Part shown: positions 1-9,085 of the stretch, in pieces
Layout: every line of letters starts with the position of its first letter
Position numbering within the stretch: position 1 is the stretch's first letter
Assembly: GCF_000143415.4 (NCBI RefSeq)
Contig: NW_003314338.1
Span: forward strand, 365,524-375,072
DNA length: 9,549 nucleotides
Reading direction: 5' to 3'
Origin: Selaginella moellendorffii
Taxonomy: Eukaryota > Plantae > Lycopodiophyta
Translations under genes and position numbers: made by a program
Notes under the pieces: model-generated
Database searches by the model: none
What the model saw: the letters and a program-made list of their open reading frames with translations, nothing else
Told to the model about the DNA's origin: nothing

Positions 1-722
1 CTTCTCCTGATAGCAGGCTTCCAGATTGAATGAGCAGTAAAACTTGCTCAAAACTTTCTACCATTACTCAACCCTGAGATACTCTTTGATCCTGGGAGCT
101 GCCATGACCACATACTTCTTCCCCAAAGAAAACAATGTTGTGAAAGTAGGGCTTTGCAAGGGAACTCTACTCTGGAAGCATTGAGAGGATAAAAACCAGC
201 ACCTCATGGCTACCTCTGCATGGTATCATTAGATACCATGAATCTAAGCAGTAAGAAAGCTAGGAATGCAGCTAGGAGCATGAATGTTGGGCTAAAGGAC
301 CTGTTTCAAATGGAAGAGCATGAATGGATATGTCAAGATTCGTGCTTGAGGTCGAGCACTTGCCATGCGGTCATGTCCTCGGTGGGGACGCTGTTGTCAT
401 TCATGCTTTTCTCTAACTGTTAAAAATATTTTCTACACTAAGAAGCCTTTCTGTTGGCAATATGGCACAGACCGATTGTGCTCCATAGAAGGTACAAGTC
501 CTCCAAGGCTTCAAGGCTGCAATGCCTGCTTGGCTTCAATCAAAACTTGTCTGGGTAAGCTATGACAATCTAAAAACGTTAAATCTATTAACCACTTAAG
601 TAACACAAGTTCAGGAAATATTATTAGAACCTAAAAAATGAACAAATATTAATTTACAGAATCATTAAAGTATATTTTTATATCAGAAAACTAATTTACA
701 TTTACAGACTTTTATATCTACT

Positions 723-774
723 TCCCATCAGAGCTGGGATCCCTGATTTTATTTCTGCTGGAATCCCTGCTAAT
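723..774 (+). mobile_element. Two degenerate Helitron 3' terminus remnants
   Basis: TCCCAtC-aga-GCTGGGA-tccctg (723-745) has one stem mismatch and no CTAG. It is followed by a repeated right arm GCTGGaatccctg-CTAA|T (757-774). Confidence 0.6.
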
Positions 775-1004
775 CTTTTTTTCATTTATTTTTATATAAT
801 TACAAATTAAAAGCAAATTAATTATTTGTAAACTTGATTTCTCTTATAAAAGGCTTTGTGATTATTATTACTCTTATAGATTTTATAAATGCTCATGATA
901 AATCTTAGAAGCATACAATACACACTAATTTATTCTATGTTGCACTATTAGCTATAACTTTTCTATCTCAGTAAAGTGTTTTCAAAGGTTTATTTTTGTT
1001 TAGG

Positions 1005-1029
1005 CCAGCGGAGCTGGATTCCTTGCTAG
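1005..1029 (+). mobile_element. Helitron 3' terminus (intact, shorter stem)
   Basis: CCAGC-gga-GCTGG (1005-1017), 8 nt attccttg, CTAG (1026-1029), T at 1030. Same stem core and same GCTGG-to-CTAG spacing as the 8774-8800 end, preceded by an AT-rich tract. Confidence 0.8.
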
Positions 1030-1204
1030 TATATTTAAACGAAAGAGCCGGTATAATAATAGCATATACTGGGGACACTTATTCTGGGTATATGCTGAGA
1101 TCTAACGGCCAAGATCTAATTGTCGAAGGTCATGTCGTTTCAAATCAGAGAAAAATTTTATGTGGCTTTTTAGGGCTGGAAAAAATGCGTTCAGCGACGG
1201 GAGA

Positions 1205-1304
1205 NNNNNNNNNNNNNNNNNNNNNNNNNNNNNNNNNNNNNNNNNNNNNNNNNNNNNNNNNNNNNNNNNNNNNNNNNNNNNNNNNNNNNNNNNNNNNNNN
1301 NNNN
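1205..1304. other. Assembly gap (100 N, probably of unknown size)
   Basis: Run of N. Confidence 0.99.
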
Positions 1305-2429
1305 CATTTTCTCTTTTTGTTTCTCAATTTATATTTTTCTCTGCCTTCCACGGATTGGTAGGTAAATCTGGAAATATGAATGCTTCTTTTGTTAGCACCT
1401 CCAGCCAAGAGCAAGGAGAAGAAGAAGACGGTGCTGCATCCTCCGGTTATTATCCTCCAGTGATTCTCAAGGAGCCGCACTAAAAACTCTGGAAGAGGTT
1501 AGCAGTAGAACTTCTCATCAATTAATGGGAGGCAACTCAATATACCTGACTATAAACCATGGAGGCACTCTTCTTGTAGCCCAGAAAAAATTCCAGAGAA
1601 GTGAAGAACCAATCTGGGACGACAACCAGCTCCAACATCTGAGTCATCTCCTCTGGTTCCTCAGACGATGAGCTGCTCAAGGTCTTGTTGCTCATTCTCG
1701 TCAGGTAATGTGCAGGTGTGCTACAAAACTGAAAACTCATGTAGAAAAGGTTTTGTGGACTGTGAGGGTGTGAAGATTGTTAATATTTCTGTGGAAGGTC
1801 TAAGTCAAGCTACTATACTATGTAGCACTAACTCTATGACGAAGAGCGTGTCTACGAAACTAAGATGGGTACGACTTCTTGTTTGGAGGTAAATCACTTT
1901 TTTTAATTAATCACGTATGTTACTAATCAAGTGGCATGGCAGCATAATATGCACTGTGGTGGCATGAACACTGATATCAACAAATTTTTTTCAAGACATC
2001 AAGTGTCATGAAAGCGTTTCATGCAGTGTAGGATACATAGATTCAGTAGGCGTTAACTTTCAGGTAAAAATTTCTTCCTTACTCTGCTTTGAATGGTTTA
2101 CCAATTGGTTCCATATAGGACCTATCATATGACGAAGAGCAGCTGAAGAATGGTTTGTTGAGAGCAGATCCATATAAAGTTTTGACTTGGTAATTCTCGT
2201 GCACAATCTGGCTCACAAGAGTCCCAGGCTGCGACAACAGGCTGCCGATCACTCTCGACCAGCTCTTGGCACCCTCCTGGACGAGATCACTACTGCTGAG
2301 GTCCCTTTCGTTTTAGATCTTGCCATGAGTGCCGACTGGCATCAGCTTTCAAGCGTTACAGCCATGGACGTGTACAAGTCCACTCCCGACTTGACAAAGT
2401 CCCAGGAACTGCAGAGACTGGGACATCGT

Positions 2430-2895
2430 TGGAGGAAGGTTTCTTTTTTATATCGATTTTTTGTTTTCACCATTTTTGCAGAAAAAATTATTGGAGATGA
2501 TCCGGCGATTGATCGTCTGTAGTACCTCCAAGCATGACCTGGAAAGGGTGGTTAGTCTGAAGAGGTTAGAGTGAAATGTAACTTTGTTTTCCCAGCTAGC
2601 TTGGGCGGAGTATGGATTGATGAATTGGCTATCAGAAATATACAGAGCTATCCAAGGTTTACAGTTTGTCATGAAACTTGTTTTGCAGGTGCTGGCCCAC
2701 GAGAATGGCTGGCAGCTCTTTATTCAGCGGGAGTTCCTTGTGCTGTTGCCTCCACAATGGATCAGATTAGCTGTTGGATGCACTCATCAGAATGGGTCTC
2801 GACAAGAGTGAGGCCGTTAGGCACGTTGTGCATGGTTTTAATACAATAGTTGTTAACTCTAGGCAGTTGTCACAGAAGAGGATGGAATGGACTCC
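2430..2895 (+). pseudogene. Fragment of a plant HAD-superfamily hydrolase gene (Arabidopsis At3g10970-like), with introns and frameshifts
   Basis: Exon pieces in the expected order: EE|EKIIGDDPAIDRL, WLSEIY, GPREWLAALYSAGVPCAVASTMDQIS-(frameshift)-LDALIRMGLDK, AVVTEEDGMDS. These match the recalled family sequence GLRDWL..ARIPCAVVS.LDR..INALERMGLQKYFQA.V.EEDGMES. GT-AG introns at 2439-2481, 2657-2688 (shortened) and 2808-2862. Truncated at about 2895. Confidence 0.8.
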
Positions 2896-2907
2896 ACCAA
2901 GGATAGG

Positions 2908-3055
2908 GAGCTGGATCCTTTGTCCTGGAGACCAGAGTGGCCGCGAGCTAGATCCTTTGTCCTGGAGACCAGAGTGGCCGCGAGCTAGATCCTTTGTCCT
3001 GGAGACCAGAGTGGCCGCGAGCTAGATCCTTTGTCCCAGAGACTAGAGTGGCCAC
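2908..3055. repeat. Tandem minisatellite, 4 x 37 bp
   Basis: Unit GAGCTAGATCCTTTGTCCTGGAGACCAGAGTGGCCGC starts at 2908, 2945, 2982 and 3019. Copies 2 and 3 are identical, copy 1 has 1 mismatch and copy 4 has 4. No spacers. Confidence 0.97.
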
Positions 3056-3293
3056 GAGATGGAATGGTTAAGGCTAGGGTTTATGCAGAATGTGGTGGTG
3101 GTAACACATCACAGCCGAGCACCCCTCTCTGTTCGATCACTGGTCCACAAAGATCTTGAGGAGATCCTTCCAGCAAACGATCTTATCGATATCAATATCG
3201 AGGAGCCACTGAAAAATAATCTAGAGTAACTTCAGCCAAAGAGATTGATTGAGCTCTCCAGTTGCCAAAGACCCGACTACCATGCTGTGGCAG

Positions 3294-3429
3294 NNNNNNN
3301 NNNNNNNNNNNNNNNNNNNNNNNNNNNNNNNNNNNNNNNNNNNNNNNNNNNNNNNNNNNNNNNNNNNNNNNNNNNNNNNNNNNNNNNNNNNNNNNNNNNN
3401 NNNNNNNNNNNNNNNNNNNNNNNNNNNNN
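3294..3429. other. Assembly gap (136 N)
   Basis: Run of N. Confidence 0.99.
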
Positions 3430-3459
3430 AAAATGGAAGTTTAGCTCTTTGTTTCACAG

Positions 3460-3809
3460 ATTTATAAAGCTGACCTACCCAAGAGAGTTCAAAAGTCAGA
3501 GTCACGTCTCCAACTAGAGGCTTAAGTTCTGCAGCCTTGAAAACCCCAGGAAGCAATCTTCCACTTCCGCAGAGCCTATCACCTCCACTTCACAACCACG
3601 GCCTCATTGCTCACCTGGCCTCTTATTGTTTTTTTTACCTCTTCTTGTCCTTTTGGTAAGAGCAGCAGTAACAAAAGCAAGCTTCCAAAGGAAACATGTG
3701 CTCACTAGGGGAGGTCTTCTTAGCTGTTAGAGTAGAGCATAGGAAATTATACAAGGAAGGCAATCTCCAAGGAAGTATGGAGCAGTAGATGGAAGCTTTA
3801 GGCCCTTGA
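3460..3809 (+). pseudogene. Possible degraded TPR-repeat protein fragments
   Basis: KPQEAIFHFRRAYHL (3541-3585) and LAVRVEHRKLYKEGNLQGSMEQ*MEAL (3720-3800) resemble TPR helix pairs (GNxLYKEGNxxxAxxxYxEAL). In-frame stops are present, and a possible acceptor ttcacag ends at 3459. Confidence 0.45.
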
Positions 3810-4615
3810 TGTAGTTCTTTCTTATTTTTCCCAATTTTTAAGATATCACATTGCCTAGAGCTGGAATATTATAAAAGAAGGTAACAATTCATTTACAGCT
3901 AATGGATTTAAGTCCTTGCTCTGTTTTCTAGCTTTAACAGAACCCACTGATAAACTTTATAGTAATGCAAAACATTAGGAGATTGCTGGGAACAATGATC
4001 TATTATCGAACCACCATGATCTATTGCTATAATATGACCAAAGTAGCCTGAGGCTGGTTATTGTCTTATGGTGATTTTGCTCTGGTTGTGGGACATGCAA
4101 TGGAATGGTATCCAAAGCTACTTGGTAGCTCTGAAGATCTGAAATATCAAAAAAGTATATATGAACAATAAAGAATATGAGTTTCAACCTTTATTGTGAT
4201 AATTGTGTTACTAAAAAACTGTTATGGCAAACACATATATAATATGAAATAACAGTGTGTTACATAGAGAAACACTTAGTTTGCAAGATTAATCTTATTG
4301 TATATCAATTATTAGGTGGTAGAATAAACTAGAGTATACAATATGTATTTGGGAAAGTCTATAAATTCTAAACACATTCCAAATCATTATTGTACTATTA
4401 TATATTTTCAGACAAGAATGATAATATATTAATAAATACTTTATAATTTATGATTGATTAAGTATTATTTTAATTCTTTAATAAAAGTGGGGTTTTTAGC
4501 TCATGATTCATCCATTAATTTTCTCCTTCTGCATATTATTAGAAAAGTAGATTAATTTTTAAAAAACCATGACTAATAATGTTAGCCTTTTGATAAAGGT
4601 TTCAGAAAAGTTTTT

Positions 4616-4712
4616 TATGCATGTTAAGATTAATATGAAAATTTTATATATAAATATGAATATAAAATTTTTAGAAATTACTAAATAACATAAATGTACA
4701 TGACACTCCCAG
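4616..4712 (+). repeat. Helitron 3' subterminal repeat, truncated in the left hairpin arm
   Basis: ...agaaattactaaataacataaatgtacatgacactcccag closely matches the copies at 5385-5497 and 7498-7592. Similarity breaks after TCCCAG. Confidence 0.8.
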
Positions 4713-5384
4713 AAAATATATATTTGGAAACTTATATAGCTAAAACTTCTGTATCTAACTATAAATAACTATGATGCATCAAGAAGTGTTTGTAAAATAT
4801 ATATTTACTCTAGAGTAACTCAATCACAAAAATTATTATTAATGGTAATTGTGATCTTATATAATGATAATTAATTCTCTATAATAGATTCATGACACAT
4901 AAAAAGTTAGTTCTCAATATAATGAGTTGACCAATTTAGCATTTATACTGTGTATGAGAAATTATTGTAGCGCACATGGTTTTCACCCTTTATTCTATGA
5001 TGATTTACCATGATGATTTACCAAAGTTATATGACATTCCTAATTCTGCCACCACTTAGCATCAATGTTGTTAATGCTGCTGCTGGATGTTCAGTACTAC
5101 ACATAATTTGTACAATAGCAGTTGATATTTAATAGATATTCTCATTTGATTTTTTAACTAGGGTTTGGTTAAGAACACATGGGAACTGACTTGTCATGTC
5201 AAGAAAATGAATTGTCATATGTAAAGCTACTTATATTTCTATATCTCCATCTAATTTTTGATACTACATTATAAAAGTTAATTACACTTGTATGATGAAT
5301 GATGATATATCCCAAATTGGCAGTCTTGTCCAAACCACTAAAGGTGCTAAATATCTCTGATGTGTGTATTTATATTAGAATTGT

Positions 5385-5497
5385 TATGTATGTTATGATT
5401 AGTATGAACTTTTCAAATATAAAGATGAATATGAACTTTTCAGAATTACTAAATAACAAAAATGTACATGACACTCCCAGCAAAGCTGGGACTTGTG
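5385..5497 (+). repeat. Helitron 3' subterminal repeat with intact hairpin but no CTRR
   Basis: ...agaattactaaataacaaaaatgtacatgacac then TCCCAGC-aaa-GCTGGGA (5475-5491) and cttgtg. CCTT occupies the position where CTAG is expected. Confidence 0.82.
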
Positions 5498-5844
5498 CCT
5501 TGGATGAGTGTGATTGAATATATTGCCAATAGCAGTAATTTTAGCATGTAGTGTTTGTTTCAGACATCTCTATTGACCATGCATTCTAGGGCTGCTAGAT
5601 CACAAGTTTTTGTGACAACTCATGTTAATCACTACAAGTAGTCAGTACCTTTCTCTTTGTTAGTCAATTATCAGATTCTTTGTTAATTTTTCTTTTTCTC
5701 TCTTGGCAGGATTTCTGGAAATAGCATAATCTAGCATATAATAAAATGCTTGTGGAAAATGAGTATCCTCTAAGGCTGGCTTGCTCAAGAATATTTAACA
5801 TAACATTAGCATAACCATAGAAGTTAACAAATGGTATGGTTAAT

Positions 5845-6479
5845 NNNNNNNNNNNNNNNNNNNNNNNNNNNNNNNNNNNNNNNNNNNNNNNNNNNNNNNN
5901 NNNNNNNNNNNNNNNNNNNNNNNNNNNNNNNNNNNNNNNNNNNNNNNNNNNNNNNNNNNNNNNNNNNNNNNNNNNNNNNNNNNNNNNNNNNNNNNNNNNN
6001 NNNNNNNNNNNNNNNNNNNNNNNNNNNNNNNNNNNNNNNNNNNNNNNNNNNNNNNNNNNNNNNNNNNNNNNNNNNNNNNNNNNNNNNNNNNNNNNNNNNN
6101 NNNNNNNNNNNNNNNNNNNNNNNNNNNNNNNNNNNNNNNNNNNNNNNNNNNNNNNNNNNNNNNNNNNNNNNNNNNNNNNNNNNNNNNNNNNNNNNNNNNN
6201 NNNNNNNNNNNNNNNNNNNNNNNNNNNNNNNNNNNNNNNNNNNNNNNNNNNNNNNNNNNNNNNNNNNNNNNNNNNNNNNNNNNNNNNNNNNNNNNNNNNN
6301 NNNNNNNNNNNNNNNNNNNNNNNNNNNNNNNNNNNNNNNNNNNNNNNNNNNNNNNNNNNNNNNNNNNNNNNNNNNNNNNNNNNNNNNNNNNNNNNNNNNN
6401 NNNNNNNNNNNNNNNNNNNNNNNNNNNNNNNNNNNNNNNNNNNNNNNNNNNNNNNNNNNNNNNNNNNNNNNNNNNNNNN
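5845..6479. other. Assembly gap (635 N)
   Basis: Run of N. Confidence 0.99.
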
Positions 6480-7150
6480 GGTACTGGTGCCTGAGTGCCA
6501 TTATCAACCCACGGGCAAATGCATAAAATGAACAGAGTGTGGAGGAATCTTGTCTCCAGTGCCAAGTTTCATGACAATTGTTCTGTATAAGGATTGATTG
6601 AAGGTGTACTGGTGATAACAATGTTTCTCAAACATGGGAAAGAGGTCTTGATCATTCAATCCTAGAAGTGCCAAGAAAGTGTGGATGATTATAGTACATG
6701 GGAGAATTTGTGTGACAAGCTCTTGATAGAAAGTTCTATATTGATCTACACATGAATCGATGGAGTTCTTTGGCATCAATGTTGTGTCCTTGAAAGTTGT
6801 GTGCATATGTGGTTATGGATGGCCAACTCTATGTAGTGGGTGGTGCTTATATGGGGTTGCATCCAATAGCCAAGATACGCAATCCAGTGGATGATCAATA
6901 GGATTCTCTACCATTACTGATTTTATCCTACCCTTGTCAGCAATGACAATAAAATAATTATGAAAGATAGTGGTTGCTTCTTCAGATCAACATTTGTTTT
7001 ATTAGCACAAGATTTGTCTTGGAAAGAGATGAATATAATTGCATTGGATGGGCGACACTGCTTTGTACACTTCAAACAATTCTACAAGCCCAACATGTAT
7101 GGATTGTTGAGGCAATAACATGTGGACATTGGCTCAACGTGGTGAACACT
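6480..7150 (+). pseudogene. Kelch-repeat (probably F-box/kelch-type) protein pseudogene
   Basis: 6755-6913 reads NRWSSLASMLCP*KLCAYVVMDGQLYVVGGAYMGLHPIAKIRNPVDDQ*DSLP, a kelch blade with stops at the conserved R (6791) and W (6899). Frameshifted flanking blades read TWERG../PRS..IVHGRICV and VSNDNKII..SWKEM..ALDGR. Any F-box would lie in the upstream gap and is not seen. The 3' limit is approximate. Confidence 0.8.
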
Positions 7151-7497
7151 TCTCAAGTAGATAACTACAAGCTAATGCTCTGCTCAACAAGCTGCTAGAA
7201 GAACATCTGGGCAATCTCAAGAAATTGTAAAGTTGTGTCAGTGATTCAAGATAATAGCACTGAACCAAAGTGATAGATGTTTACAATCTTGATGTGCCAT
7301 TGGTGAATACCAATGAATACCAATGAAATTTCCTTCAAGGTTAATATAATTACAGGATATGTATTAAAATATCATGGTACAGAAAAGGCTCAAGTTCTTC
7401 TTACAATCAAGTGTGCTTTGCCATACCTTCACTTTCAAAACTTTTAACATACAACCTATTAAATCTCATGCTTGAATATCTTATATATATGTTTCTT

Positions 7498-7592
7498 AAC
7501 TTTTCAAATATAAAGAAACAATAGAAATGAAAAGCCGAATAAGGAACTTTTCCAAATTACTAAACAACTCAAATGTATATGACACTCCCAGC
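7498..7592 (+). repeat. Helitron 3' subterminal repeat, truncated at the hairpin loop
   Basis: aacttttcaaatataaaga...aacttttccaaattactaaacaactcaaatgtatatgacacTCCCAGC matches the 5385-5497 copy and ends after the left arm (7586-7592). Confidence 0.8.
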
Positions 7593-8773
7593 TTCACTTC
7601 TGAGACTGAGATTTCTCTTTTTTCATATTATCAAAAAAAGTATATACAAATTTATATGACTATTAATACAATCATCAATGATTAAACATATTGAGATTTC
7701 AATTGGCTCAGATGTAGTCTAAGATTTATGTAATATCATAAATTTTCTAAATTTTTTTCTTACATTGTAATTATACATGACAAAAATAATAAGGTATAAA
7801 TATCATTGAGACAACATTAGTACAAGAACCATCTAAAGAAATGTGATTCATCATCAATTGAACTTTAATTATATTAAATCTATCTATATACCATTTATGA
7901 ATTTTCTGGTATATTATATTTTTAGAATAAAGAAAATTTTTATATATCATTATTACCTCAGTATAGAGTAAAACCTTGCCATTCATTTATCATTATAAAA
8001 TTTCATCCTTTATAATATTGTAATAAAGCCTTAATTTTAAATATAAATCCATGAAAATAGAGAGATAATAACTTATTTTACATTAGCATTCTCTCTATTA
8101 AAAAACACATACAGAAATAATGCTAATGATATAAAGTAGAATACTTCTAATATTAAATATTACTCTCAAAATGTAAGAATATAAGTATTAGGAATAAGGG
8201 AATATCAAAGATAAATATGTAAAATTTTGAATTTTTTCTAAAAAAATATAACACATAAAGGTAATTTCTATCACTTAGTATCATGCAATTCCAAAACTTT
8301 CAGTCTAAAGAGATGAAAAATAAAACTCAATAAAAATGGTTATATTTTTTAATTTTATAAGATGTATATAGTTTAAGTGAGTTTAAAATCTTTATTTTTG
8401 AAATCATTATATTTTAGTGTACTTAAGAAACAAATTTTTCCAAGAGGAAAAATTGTAGATCAATTATATGGAGATTTTAAATAAATAAAATAGTTACCAA
8501 GCCTCAATATTTAATTGACTCATCTGGCCATGGAATCCCACAGTAAAAAATTCTATTTATAGATCATGCAGCACTCAGAGTTTTAAATGTTATATTATGT
8601 TATAAGTTAAATTTATTATATTATTTATTATGTTATATTTTTAAAATGGATTTTGAATATAAATATTATATTATGTTATGTTAACTATGTATGTTATAAT
8701 TATTATTATATTAAAATTATAATTATGATTTCAAATTTTTGAAATACTAAAACATTAAGAATAAACATGATGC

Positions 8774-8800
8774 TCCCAGCGTAGCTGGGACCTTTGCTAG
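8774..8800 (+). mobile_element. Helitron 3' terminus (intact)
   Basis: TCCCAGC-gta-GCTGGGA perfect 7 bp stem (8774-8790), then cctttg, CTAG (8797-8800) and T at 8801, after a very AT-rich tract. This matches the established Helitron hairpin + CTRR end followed by T. Confidence 0.88.
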
Positions 8801-9017
8801 TACTCCCTTATTTAAACGTGCTATTGGCATATGGCATCCGGCATCTTTTATTCCATTTTTTGAATATTATTTTTGAATATGCTTATAATCTAACTGTTGA
8901 AATTCAAAGCCTTCAAATAGATGGCAAAGATCAGGTGCGAAAAGGGTGGCAACGCTTCAATTTTGATTTTAATGACGCTCCAAATCAAGTGAAATTTCTT
9001 AGGGCAATCGGGCAGAT

Positions 9018-9068
9018 TGTGTGTGTGTGTCAAGGATGTGTCAAGGACATGTCAAGGATGTGTCCAAG
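9018..9068. repeat. Short (TG)n run followed by an 11 bp tandem repeat
   Basis: TG run at 9018-9030. TGTCAAGGATG, TGTCAAGGACA and TGTCAAGGATG at 9028, 9039 and 9050, plus a partial copy at 9061. Confidence 0.85.
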
Positions 9069-9085
9069 CTTGCTAAGGGCAACAT

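Larger units (their letters stand above)
1030..8800 (+). mobile_element. Putative composite non-autonomous Helitron carrying captured gene fragments; 5' boundary uncertain
   Basis: Ends in a canonical hairpin + CTAG|T at 8774-8801. Contains three internal copies of the same 3' subterminal sequence and several unrelated broken gene fragments on the same strand. It begins right after another CTAG|T end. No 5' TC dinucleotide is seen at 1030, and three gaps interrupt it. Confidence 0.6.

Noticed and set aside
219-240. Perfect 9 bp inverted repeat CATGGTATC-atta-GATACCATG
   Set aside because: It is isolated, differs from the family hairpin, has the wrong spacing to any CTRR and could arise by chance.
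1-560. Possible degraded minus-strand coding sequence, perhaps a LINE ORF2 tail (P*SLGGL.., E*W*KVLSKF..)
   Set aside because: Many stops and no diagnostic motif; it would need BLASTx support.
1380-1710. GC-richer coding-like stretch (QEQGEEEDGAASSGYYPP..)
   Set aside because: Stops interrupt the + frames and no family is recognisable. It may be more cargo but is unsupported.
2908-3055. 37 bp repeats of CRISPR-like length
   Set aside because: The units are directly adjacent with no spacers, there are no cas genes and the context is eukaryotic.
4997-5023. Short tandem duplications (ATGATGATTTACC x2 here; TGAATACCAA x2 near 7304)
   Set aside because: Ordinary slippage duplications with no evident function.
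5824-6621. Long ORFs of 231-265 aa in the ORF track (also those spanning 1205-1304 and 3294-3429)
   Set aside because: They are artefacts of translating through N gaps.
8774-8790. Hairpins as Rho-independent terminators
   Set aside because: There is no poly-U tail, the DNA is eukaryotic, and the fixed spacing to CTAG|T fits Helitron ends.
1030-8800. Autonomous Helitron RepHel gene
   Set aside because: No HUH Rep or PIF1 helicase motifs were recognised in the called bases, and the sized gaps are too small to hold one.
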